A DNA stretch of 64,000 nucleotides. Origin: a virus. Position 1 is the stretch's first letter, and each line of letters begins with the position of its first letter. Positions 19,691 to 28,340 of this stretch are shown piece by piece. The notes beneath the pieces were generated by a model that worked only from the letters and a program-made list of their open reading frames with translations, was not told where the DNA came from and did no database searches. The stretch covers positions 1 to 64,000 of IMG/VR virus record IMGVR_UViG_3300020463_000007; one strand, given 5' to 3'. A program made the translations under genes and the position numbers.

Positions 19691-20285
19691 TTGTTAGTTC
19701 TTTTGCGCCATTACGTTTTAAAAACTCTCCTGCACAATATTCTGTGTCAGCATGTTGCTCTACAATTACAATAGGTTTGTATTTTAATATCGTCTGTATA
19801 CTACCTTCGAGAATTGGAAGTTCATGTCTTTCACAATCTATTTTAATTAATCCAAATTTTGGTAAGGATAAATCATCCAACTTTTTAACTTCAAAATTTC
19901 CAGAACCAAAAGTATCTTCATTTACATGACTGTTTCCAGTATTATTACTATCGTATATCATATCAACAGTTGTGGCTGTCTTACCTAATGCGTGTTTATG
20001 AATTGTAACTGGTAGATCTTTTACATTTAATTCTAAACATTCTAATACTTGTGGCATGGGTTCATAGGCAATAACATGTTTAAATTTTTGTGCTAATGGC
20101 CTTGCCCAAAATCCTACATTTGCTCCAATATCTATCGCTAGATCAAAATCATCAATATATTTGTATGCCGCATCTCTTACGTCATCTTGATACTCTGCTG
20201 GGCCTCCTTGACTAATTCTTTTGGTAATCATTCTGTAAAAATGATTGTCAGTATCAGGCATCCAATAATTATATACTTGCTTCAT
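19659..20285 (-). CDS. FkbM-family methyltransferase
   Basis: IDIGANVG, AYEP and LIKIDCE motifs. Confidence 0.85.
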   Translation of the reverse strand: MKQVYNYWMPDTDNHFYRMITKRISQGGPAEYQDDVRDAAYKYIDDFDLAIDIGANVGFWARPLAQKFKHVIAYEPMPQVLECLELNVKDLPVTIHKHALGKTATTVDMIYDSNNTGNSHVNEDTFGSGNFEVKKLDDLSLPKFGLIKIDCERHELPILEGSIQTILKYKPIVIVEQHADTEYCAGEFLKRNGAKELTNVRRDYIFGW

Positions 20286-20286
20286 A

Positions 20287-20838
20287 CTATACTTTCTCTA
20301 AGTAAACAATATACTTGACTACAAATATTTCTGGTGCTTTTTTAAGTTTTACCCAACGTTCAGTAATATCTTCACTTATTATTTTCCAGCTGTGTTCTTT
20401 ATTTTTTCTTTCAAGCAATGCTTTCCACCAGTCTGGTTTTTCAATTATTAAATGTGCATTCCTGCCATCACTTAGTTTTTTCTTTGCGGGGTGACATGCT
20501 ATTAAATGATATTGATATTTGTCTGCAATATTATACAGGTTATTTAAAACACCTTCTAATTGATCAGGTTCTATGTGTTCTAACACATCACTGCTATATA
20601 CTAGGTCTGCTTTTTTTGGTAAATCTATAGGAGATGTAACAGGATCATAATTATAAACTTGGTTTGATTCCTCTAGTTGCTTAAAAGGCATACCTTTTCC
20701 ACAACCAAAGTCTAGTATAGATTGTAGGCCTTTATCTGCAATTAATTTTTGTACACCTTGTGGAATATTTTTGGCAACTCCAAAGCCTTTTCTACTGTGT
20801 AGGCGTTGTAGTTCTTTTAGGTATTTTTCTGAATGCAT
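20287..20838 (-). CDS. Class I SAM-dependent methyltransferase
   Basis: ILDFGCGKG and DVLEHIEP motifs. Confidence 0.85.
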   Translation of the reverse strand: MHSEKYLKELQRLHSRKGFGVAKNIPQGVQKLIADKGLQSILDFGCGKGMPFKQLEESNQVYNYDPVTSPIDLPKKADLVYSSDVLEHIEPDQLEGVLNNLYNIADKYQYHLIACHPAKKKLSDGRNAHLIIEKPDWWKALLERKNKEHSWKIISEDITERWVKLKKAPEIFVVKYIVYLEKV

Positions 20839-20866
20839 AAGGTCTCTTTCATATATTATTATATAC

Positions 20867-20874
20867 TACTTATC
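20867..20874 (-). promoter_or_regulatory. Late-promoter-like motif upstream of the glycan operon
   Basis: GATAAGTA, a one-base variant of the GATAAATA motif found before structural genes. Confidence 0.45.
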
Positions 20875-20897
20875 TCACACATTTTGGTAGGGGGTAT

Positions 20898-21353
20898 TTA
20901 AAGGCTAGCGTCTTCCATGCCAGCTACTCTTAGCTTGACTACATTAGTAATTTGCCATTGTTTCTGATCTAAGCCTTTGAGTAAGCCTAGCCATTTATTA
21001 CGTAATAGTGCAAATTCATTAATGATTTTTTCATAGTCTACAACGTCTGCTTCTCCGTCTACATACTTTTCTACATCGCGGCTAGAAAGAGCTCTTTGAT
21101 AATTTTCAAGATATTTTTTAAAGAAAGAACTACGTAATCTACGTAATTCAATATTCAAATAATGTAGAATTGCTTCGATCTCTTGTAGTTGATTAAATCT
21201 ATGTTCAACGATGCCAGGCATTAAAGATGCTTGTTTTTCAACATTGCCTTTTAGTTTTACTTCTACCCTTGCGTCTTGTAGCTCACTTTCAAAATATTTA
21301 ATTGCTTCTGGAATTTTAGAAACATCTCTTGCTACTTCTGAATACCAGCCCAT
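20898..21353 (-). CDS. uvsY: UvsY recombination mediator
   Basis: Helical protein of about 150 aa, KYVDGEAD...KQWQITN..KLR; located next to uvsX. Confidence 0.75.
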   Translation of the reverse strand: MGWYSEVARDVSKIPEAIKYFESELQDARVEVKLKGNVEKQASLMPGIVEHRFNQLQEIEAILHYLNIELRRLRSSFFKKYLENYQRALSSRDVEKYVDGEADVVDYEKIINEFALLRNKWLGLLKGLDQKQWQITNVVKLRVAGMEDASL

Positions 21354-21886
21354 TAAAATTTCTCCATAAATAATAGTTCTCTTTTTTGCACAATATCAAC
21401 TTCATAACCGAATATGGCTTTTAATCTTTGATTTATAATTTGTTGAGTTTCTAATATTGAACGTTTGCCTACCCAGTCCCAATCAACTAAAGTCCATTGT
21501 CCGTTGTGTTCTAAAATATTGTCAGGATGCCAGTCGCCATGAGAATATGGAAAAGTCTTTTTTATTGATTCAACACAAAAATCACGAACTCTTTTTTTAA
21601 ATTCTTTTGTATGAGGATACTTTGATAAATTAGTGCCAGGAAGTATTTTCAAATCAAAGAAATATGCATCTTGATCATGTTTTCCATGTTGTAAAATATA
21701 TCCTGGCATTACTTCATTCATAATATTAACAAACTCTTGTAAATTTTTTGTATATAGATGTTTTTCCCAATCATAATCATTGTTGTGCTTGTCTTTATAT
21801 ATTACACCAGAATTATAATAAACTTTTCTAATACAAGTTTTAAGTTTATAAGTTTTAATTCCTTTTCCTGTATCATGTAATAACAT
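21353..21886 (-). CDS. Small protein-kinase-like (APH/Kdo-kinase fold) protein
   Basis: Catalytic loop HGDWHPDNIL and LVDWD. Confidence 0.7.
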   Translation of the reverse strand: MLLHDTGKGIKTYKLKTCIRKVYYNSGVIYKDKHNNDYDWEKHLYTKNLQEFVNIMNEVMPGYILQHGKHDQDAYFFDLKILPGTNLSKYPHTKEFKKRVRDFCVESIKKTFPYSHGDWHPDNILEHNGQWTLVDWDWVGKRSILETQQIINQRLKAIFGYEVDIVQKRELLFMEKF

Positions 21887-21888
21887 TA

Positions 21889-22128
21889 TTATTCATCATA
21901 CAGCTCGTCTTCTTCGTCTTCTTCAGCTTTGTCCATATCTAAATAATAATAGATTGCATCATCTAGTTCATTATCAGCACCTAGTATTTCGTTAAAAGTA
22001 TGATCGTCTACACCCATATCAGCAAGTAGATCAACATATCTTTCTGCCGCCGCATGTATTGATTTTTTATCTAAGTACTCTTTAAACATTGTCCAAACTT
22101 CGACAATATGAGTATCATCCATTTCCAT
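21889..22128 (-). CDS. Small acidic hypothetical protein
   Basis: Tightly packed, very acidic ORF downstream of uvsX. Confidence 0.65.
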   Translation of the reverse strand: MEMDDTHIVEVWTMFKEYLDKKSIHAAAERYVDLLADMGVDDHTFNEILGADNELDDAIYYYLDMDKAEEDEEDELYDE

Positions 22129-23197
22129 TAGTCTCCTCGGTTACGGTTTCAGTCTCTTCAACTTCTGCGATATTTACCTCCGAGGCAGTTTTTTCATTGA
22201 ATTCTGACATAACTAAATCTAGCTTATCGCCAGTCCAGTTCTTTCTGTATTCAAGATGTTCTTCTCCTTTAATATCAACATACTTTAGTCTGTTACCTGA
22301 TTTTTCAATCAGTCCCTTCTTTTCAAAAAGTTCAACCAAACCACTATATGGATTCATACCAGTTTCGTATGGAATTTTTACTTGTACACCTTCAAAAGGT
22401 TTACTGTATCTTGTTTTCATTACTTTACAGCCAGCACGTATACCACGTACTTCGCTAATTTTGTTACCTGCTTCGTCTTCTTTAAGTTTAAGTTTTTTCA
22501 TTGCAACAACAATACTTGATGCATAGATAAAACCTTGACCACCACTAATCTTATCATCTGGATCAAACATGTCCTGTGATGCATAAGTGTGGTTAGTACA
22601 TACTAGTCCTACATTGTGTGTACCAATCATATTAACTGTGTTACGAACAAGTGCGGTCAACTGCTTAGGCTTACGACCCATATCACCTTTCATATCACCT
22701 TTTTGGAACTGATCGATATCAGTAGGCGTTAACAACATACCTAATGAGTCTACTACAAACAATACTTTAGGACGATCTTCTTCAGCCATTGCTTTATAGT
22801 CTGTCATAAATGTTGTAATAGTTTTTGCTACATCATCAATCATTGACATATTAAGTTTAAGAAGTTTTTCTTCACTTGTGTCAACGTTTAATGCTTGTAA
22901 CCATGATTCATCAAGAGCATTCTCTGAGTCAATTAATACTACAAAAATACCTTGATCCTGTGCATGCTTTACAATGTTACCACTGCAAAAGTATGATTTA
23001 CCTGCGCCTGATTCGCCTGCAAATACAGTTACCTTACCTAGTGGAACACCTTTATTAAAGTCGCCACTAACTAGATAGTTAAGTGCATAAGAGCCTGTAC
23101 TGATCCAGTCTGTTGGATCATTAAAGCCAGCACTCATGCCTGAAATGCTTTTAGTTAAGTCCTTACGGAATTTGCTTACGTCGAATGATTTAGCCAT
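22115..23197 (-). CDS. uvsX: UvsX/RecA-like recombinase
   Basis: WISTGS, Walker A GESGAGKS, VVDSLG, TNHTY and SGGQG motifs. Confidence 0.92.
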   Translation of the reverse strand: MAKSFDVSKFRKDLTKSISGMSAGFNDPTDWISTGSYALNYLVSGDFNKGVPLGKVTVFAGESGAGKSYFCSGNIVKHAQDQGIFVVLIDSENALDESWLQALNVDTSEEKLLKLNMSMIDDVAKTITTFMTDYKAMAEEDRPKVLFVVDSLGMLLTPTDIDQFQKGDMKGDMGRKPKQLTALVRNTVNMIGTHNVGLVCTNHTYASQDMFDPDDKISGGQGFIYASSIVVAMKKLKLKEDEAGNKISEVRGIRAGCKVMKTRYSKPFEGVQVKIPYETGMNPYSGLVELFEKKGLIEKSGNRLKYVDIKGEEHLEYRKNWTGDKLDLVMSEFNEKTASEVNIAEVEETETVTEETNGNG

Positions 23198-23214
23198 AGT
23201 TTCTCCTTATCAAT

Positions 23215-23244
23215 TAGGGACAGTAACACATGCTACTGCCCCTA
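23215..23244 (-). other. Intergenic RNA stem-loop between the ssb and uvsX genes
   Basis: TAGGGGCAGTAGC-ATGT-GTTACTGTCCCTA: a 13-bp stem with two G-U pairs on the minus strand and no U-tract. Confidence 0.65.
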
Positions 23245-23251
23245 TAATATT

Positions 23252-24253
23252 TTATTTTGCTTGTCGTTGTCTGATCATTGCAAGAATATCTGCCGCATCA
23301 CCTGTTGATGCAGTTTCTGCTTTAGGCTCTTCTACTTTAGGAGCCTCTTCTTGCTTTGGGGTAGTATCCACCTTTGGTGTTTCTACCTGTGCTGTTGGAG
23401 CACTTTGACTAACCGCAGTTGCATTAGGTGATGCCGCTTTATTTGGGTCACCAGTTCTTGCCTGCATACCTGCTGGACGGAAATAGTTTCCCCATTTTTC
23501 TGAATCATATGCCTCGCCGTCAACTGACGCCTCGAACATTTCTTTCATCACTTTTACTGCTACTTCGTCAGGCTTCTTAGGAAGGAAGTCTGAAAAATTA
23601 AACAAGCCATGTGTGTTAACTCCATTCATCTCAGCATCTGTTAAAGGACGTTCACGTCTTGCCCAATTAGATGTTGAATAATCTGCATAACCACCTTTGC
23701 TAGTTTTATTCAAACGGAAGTCTACGCCATTAGTATAATCTGTTGGCAATTCTTCCATGTCCGGATCCATAAGAGCCGCTTTGATAATTTGAAAAATTTG
23801 TGGACCAATAATAAATCTACGAATTGGATTATCAGGAGTACTATCTTCTTGTAAAGGATTATCTGTAACAAATCCTTGAAAGATATAACTTCTTTTCTTC
23901 CAATATTTACGACCCATGTCTTCTAAACTTGGATCTTTAAACCACCCACGTACTTCATTCAAGATATCACAAGTATCACCATACATTTCCATACATGGTA
24001 CTTGTACTTGAACTGGACGAGAGTCTGTCTCACCTTTAATACCGTTAAAAGGTAATTTTATCATCAAACGTTCTTTCCAAAAGAAAGTGTTTGAGTCGTC
24101 GCCATCAGGAAGGAAACGGAGTGTTGCACTCTCGCCTTCTTTAATATTCCAAAATGGGTAAATTGCGTTGTCGCCGCCGCCACTTGATGAACCACCGCCT
24201 GTGCGTGATTCTTGTTCTTTGAGCTTTGCTCGGATTTCTGCTAATGTTGCCAT
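23252..24253 (-). CDS. Single-stranded DNA-binding protein (T4 gp32-like)
   Basis: LRFLP, VPCMEMYGDTCDI, KYWKKRSY and YADYSTS motifs; low-complexity tail. Confidence 0.85.
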   Translation of the reverse strand: MATLAEIRAKLKEQESRTGGGSSSGGGDNAIYPFWNIKEGESATLRFLPDGDDSNTFFWKERLMIKLPFNGIKGETDSRPVQVQVPCMEMYGDTCDILNEVRGWFKDPSLEDMGRKYWKKRSYIFQGFVTDNPLQEDSTPDNPIRRFIIGPQIFQIIKAALMDPDMEELPTDYTNGVDFRLNKTSKGGYADYSTSNWARRERPLTDAEMNGVNTHGLFNFSDFLPKKPDEVAVKVMKEMFEASVDGEAYDSEKWGNYFRPAGMQARTGDPNKAASPNATAVSQSAPTAQVETPKVDTTPKQEEAPKVEEPKAETASTGDAADILAMIRQRQAK

Positions 24254-24310
24254 AGTTAAGCCTCCTTTAGTTGCCTATGTTTGTGCCTGTTTGTATAGCA
24301 CATAATATAC

Positions 24311-24339
24311 ACTATACAATATTATTTAGCACAAGTCAA
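24311..24339 (-). promoter_or_regulatory. Sigma70-type promoter for ssb, with an embedded late-like motif
   Basis: TTGACT-N17-TATAGT; the spacer contains GCTAAATA. Confidence 0.65.
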
Positions 24340-24384
24340 CCGGAATCTACTTATTTTTGGCTATATTGCTGATTTTTTTTGGAT

Positions 24385-26370
24385 TTATACTCCGGACAGC
24401 CTTTTTAGGTCTTCCATCTGTCCGTCTTTCATTAATTCACCATCTGGCATTACATGGTAACCTTTTGGAATAGGTTTACACATTTGTGATTCTCTGCAAT
24501 AATACTCTCCTTCTTTGCATTTGCCTTCTGCTTCTTGTATACATTCTGCAAATGAAGCATCAAATGCATCTTGAGTAGAGTCTTGTGTTTTGCCCGCAAA
24601 TAATGTTGTCATTCTTTCAATAAATTGCTTTGATGGTTCGATAAACTTTTCACCGTAATCTTTTTCTACTGCTGTAAGTACTGCTGTTTCACCTTTTGGA
24701 AAATTTCCTGTTTCTCTGTCATACATGGACATAATAAATTCTGTTACAGGAATTTGTGGTTTTTCAGGTTCCATATCTACGCTACCAAATTGCCCCATAT
24801 TGTTTTCAAATGCTGCTTCAATCTCTTCGTCATAATTTGTAAAGCCACTTGGCATACCTCTAGTTGCACCGTCTGGACCGCCTCCCATAAAGTAAGGCAT
24901 TTTGATTACCATACCAGGTTGTATCATAGCAGGATCTTTGATATCTGGATTTAGTTCCATTATAGATTCAATTGCATCCTTCATTGAGTGTCCTTGGAAA
25001 TTGTCATACTTAAATTTTTTGTAAATGCGATACATGTTATCGCCTTCTTGAACTTTATATGATTCTGCAGGTAATCCAACTTCTAGATCATCTACTGGAC
25101 TCTTTTCATCTAAAGACATAGCTTTGTCAATATAATCCATTAGTTCTTTATAAGATGGATTCATTATTCCATCTTTCTTGGCTAATTCTAATGCTTTCTC
25201 TTTATAGTAATGACTATCGCCTGGAGTCTTTATTCCTTCTTGTACTCTATCATTTATTCCATTACCGTCCTTGTCTTGCCACCATGAACCTGTTTCGTCA
25301 TGTGAATCGTGCTTACAATTTGTGGTTGGCATATGCATTGTATCTGCACAATCACAACAACTATATTTTTTGTATCCTGCCATATAACCTTCGTCTACTA
25401 TGTCATCTGGGCCTAATGCCTTTGCTTTCATAGCTTCACTTACTAAGTTGTATATATAAGGAAATACATCCTTTAGTTCTTCATTGAATTGTTTTATTGT
25501 AAGTTGATCAATCCAATTTTCAGCTACATCGGTCGGAACTTCTTCTAGCACTGGTTCTTCATATACTGATACTGCTTCTTGATAAAATTTTGTTTTTTGT
25601 AAATTTGTTATTTCTCTTTTAATACTATTAGCACGTTCTTTGACAACATCTACATAGTCTTTTAGACTTTCTGCCATCACTGCTGATCTACCCATATAGG
25701 ATTTGAATTTTTTTAATTTTGCTAATTCTTCTGATAAACGTACAATATGTTTACCAAAATCATCATATGGATTACCGCCTTCAGCTACATGTCGTGCCAT
25801 TGCTCTAGCACCATTCAAATGTTTGTAGGGATATTTAAATCTTTCGCCTTCTGCACTTTCAATATAAATTGAACCTACATGTTGCGTCCTTCTTTCAGGA
25901 TTTACTGGACTAGAATGCCTAATTGCTAACCTAGCACCACCAACATTTTGATAGCTTGTTTTACTTGTTCCGTACATTGTGCTCTCCATAATATCATTTC
26001 TATTTGCTGCCAAAAACTGGTAATCTCTCTTGTCTAAATTTGTTTTGTTAATATCCCTTGTATCAAAATTTAACATACGTTTTTTTGCAAATACTCGTAG
26101 TTCTTTTAAAAAATCATACCAACTATTTTTAGTAATTGTGTCTTCCTGTGTTACAAAGTCATTGCTATACATAACAGCAACGTTATTTTCATCTATGCTT
26201 ACACTAACTTTTCCTAAGTTTCTTGAACCTTCTTTGAAATCAAAGTCGTAGTATCTTGCTTCTTTTGGTACGTTTGTAACTTTTCCTTCACTATTACCAA
26301 TAGTAATAGATGGGAAACGGCCTCTAATTTTATTAAAAAGTTCTTCTGCTATGATATCTAAGTTTCTCAT
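24385..26370 (-). CDS. Putative virion head/internal protein with inserted LysM domain
   Basis: Late motif GATAAATA at 26378-26385; LysM YKVQEGDNMYRI...LNPDIKDPAMIQPGMVIKMP; C-terminal LKRLSGV. Confidence 0.65.
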   Translation of the reverse strand: MRNLDIIAEELFNKIRGRFPSITIGNSEGKVTNVPKEARYYDFDFKEGSRNLGKVSVSIDENNVAVMYSNDFVTQEDTITKNSWYDFLKELRVFAKKRMLNFDTRDINKTNLDKRDYQFLAANRNDIMESTMYGTSKTSYQNVGGARLAIRHSSPVNPERRTQHVGSIYIESAEGERFKYPYKHLNGARAMARHVAEGGNPYDDFGKHIVRLSEELAKLKKFKSYMGRSAVMAESLKDYVDVVKERANSIKREITNLQKTKFYQEAVSVYEEPVLEEVPTDVAENWIDQLTIKQFNEELKDVFPYIYNLVSEAMKAKALGPDDIVDEGYMAGYKKYSCCDCADTMHMPTTNCKHDSHDETGSWWQDKDGNGINDRVQEGIKTPGDSHYYKEKALELAKKDGIMNPSYKELMDYIDKAMSLDEKSPVDDLEVGLPAESYKVQEGDNMYRIYKKFKYDNFQGHSMKDAIESIMELNPDIKDPAMIQPGMVIKMPYFMGGGPDGATRGMPSGFTNYDEEIEAAFENNMGQFGSVDMEPEKPQIPVTEFIMSMYDRETGNFPKGETAVLTAVEKDYGEKFIEPSKQFIERMTTLFAGKTQDSTQDAFDASFAECIQEAEGKCKEGEYYCRESQMCKPIPKGYHVMPDGELMKDGQMEDLKRLSGV

Positions 26371-26383
26371 TACAATATATTTA

Positions 26384-27964
26384 TCAATAATTCCTACTAA
26401 TGAATATAGGCATTGGAGGCTCGTATTCATCAGTTTGCTCTGTTTGATTAAAGGTATTGTATACTCTAGGATCCCAATCTTTTAAAACAGCCATCATTCT
26501 TATCGCTAAAAGTGTAGCAGATATTAAATCATCAGTTGCGCCTGCTTTTGCTCTATAGCTTGATCCTGTTGCTACAAAATTTTTTAATTCGCTTATTAAA
26601 GGTTTACTGTTAACAAACATTTTGTTTGATTCTACCATTGTTTTAAGTCTACTACAAGCTGATACTTTTGTACTATGTGTTGTGTTAAAACCTTTTCTAA
26701 ACTTCCTTACATGTCCTTTACGCATTGGTTCGCTTACAAATAATCCTGGTATATTCTCTTCTCCAAAATCATTTATTACTAATAAACACGCTTCGCCTAT
26801 GCCATTGTTTTCTACACTCCAATATATTGATGTAGAGGATTTTATTTCGGTCTCTATGTATTTGCATACATCTGCTAGTATTCTAACTTGTCCAGGAATA
26901 GCAGTTGTATTATGTTGCCATTCTGCTACTTGTTTGTAACTTGGTAATTCAAATACTTGTATTGCCGCATTATCGCCCCCTGTACCCATACTAGGATCTA
27001 AGGCCACTACATAACTAAATTGAGGATCAGGTTTTTTATACCAACGTGTTTGACCCATGTTTATTATAGGAGATTCTCCCTCCATATTTGCAAGATGAAT
27101 ACTATTAATTAATGTCTCGTCATATACTAAGAATTCGCAACCATATTCACGTCTAAACCTTTCTTCACCTATCCTACCTATTTCTGCAGCTTTCCATTCA
27201 TCATTTCGATCTGGATGTTCATCCCAAAAACTTCTAAAACTATGAAATCCATTTACTCCTGTTGTGCTTTCATTACCATGTTCATCAAATTTATCTTCAG
27301 CTTGTTTCCATATAGTTGCAAATGTATCTTCATCTGAATTAGGTGTACTTGTAAGGATAGCACGACCACCTGTTGCTAGAGTAGGAGATATTGATGTCCA
27401 AAATTCGTCTGCTATGTTTGGTTGTACAAAGGCAAACTCGTCACAATATAATAATGAAATACTCATACCTCTACCAGTATTTCCTGTTGTAGTAGCACTA
27501 ACAATTCTACTTCCGTTTTCAAACTCTATACTACCTTTGTTATAGTTTACTACACCTGCTCTAATATAATCTGGACACAATTCATAGACATACCTTATCC
27601 TTTGCATAATCTCTTGAGCACCTGTATATTTGTGTGCCGCTATCAATATTGTTTGATCGGCATGGAACATTGCATACCAAGTTAAGTATACTGCTGCAGA
27701 GGTTGTTTTACCTGTTTGTCGAGGTAACATGTTAATGTTAAATCTATGATTATGGTAACTCTCTAATAATCTTTCTTGAAATTCGTAAGGTTCAAATAAA
27801 AGTTTGCCTTTTACAGGATGTTGTATGTATGCAAAGTGTTTTGCAAAATGCATATAACCACTATCTGGATCCATACATTCTGATAGATGTTGTATCTGAT
27901 CTTCAGTAAACGTTTCTTTCGTATTTGCTTTTTTGGTTAAAACACCATCTAAACTCTTGCTCAT
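26384..27964 (-). CDS. Terminase large subunit (T4 gp17-like)
   Basis: PRQTGKT, YCDEFAF, TSTPN, FRREYGCEF, ALDPSMG and DDL motifs. Confidence 0.95.
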   Translation of the reverse strand: MSKSLDGVLTKKANTKETFTEDQIQHLSECMDPDSGYMHFAKHFAYIQHPVKGKLLFEPYEFQERLLESYHNHRFNINMLPRQTGKTTSAAVYLTWYAMFHADQTILIAAHKYTGAQEIMQRIRYVYELCPDYIRAGVVNYNKGSIEFENGSRIVSATTTGNTGRGMSISLLYCDEFAFVQPNIADEFWTSISPTLATGGRAILTSTPNSDEDTFATIWKQAEDKFDEHGNESTTGVNGFHSFRSFWDEHPDRNDEWKAAEIGRIGEERFRREYGCEFLVYDETLINSIHLANMEGESPIINMGQTRWYKKPDPQFSYVVALDPSMGTGGDNAAIQVFELPSYKQVAEWQHNTTAIPGQVRILADVCKYIETEIKSSTSIYWSVENNGIGEACLLVINDFGEENIPGLFVSEPMRKGHVRKFRKGFNTTHSTKVSACSRLKTMVESNKMFVNSKPLISELKNFVATGSSYRAKAGATDDLISATLLAIRMMAVLKDWDPRVYNTFNQTEQTDEYEPPMPIFISRNY

Positions 27965-27971
27965 AACGTAT

Positions 27972-28340
27972 TTACTCTATAATATCATCATAGTACCCTG
28001 TATCGAATCGTAAGTCAAACAGTTTACGTTTATCTTGCTGTATCAAAACAGGCACTGGAGATGCGTTTGGGCCGTTTGTAGGCTCACTCCATAACCATTC
28101 ATATATAGGACTATTATCTATTTTTTTGTGTAATTTTTTAAGACGTCTACGATTGTATTTAGGACATACATATACAATGGCTTGATTTTTACCTAGAGTC
28201 TCTACCTTACCAGACCATTCTGTAATTTTGATTTCGCCTTTTTTATGAGCTACGCCGCTCCATGGACATACTGGTTTAATGTGTTGGAAATATGCTTCCC
28301 AGTTAACCTCTGGACTTTTTACCACGACTCTTTTTACCAC
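27972..28340 (-). CDS. Hypothetical protein (DUF1415-like CPW motif)
   Basis: HIKPVCPWS; GTG start preceded by GAGGG, overlapping the repeat tail of the upstream gene. Confidence 0.55.
   Translation of the reverse strand: MVKRVVVKSPEVNWEAYFQHIKPVCPWSGVAHKKGEIKITEWSGKVETLGKNQAIVYVCPKYNRRRLKKLHKKIDNSPIYEWLWSEPTNGPNASPVPVLIQQDKRKLFDLRFDTGYYDDIIE

Noticed and set aside
3823-20838. petB, def, kdsB and glyA as host chromosome or a prophage boundary
   Set aside because: They are interleaved with, and overlap, T4-like core genes, have similar composition, and lack their normal bacterial operon partners.
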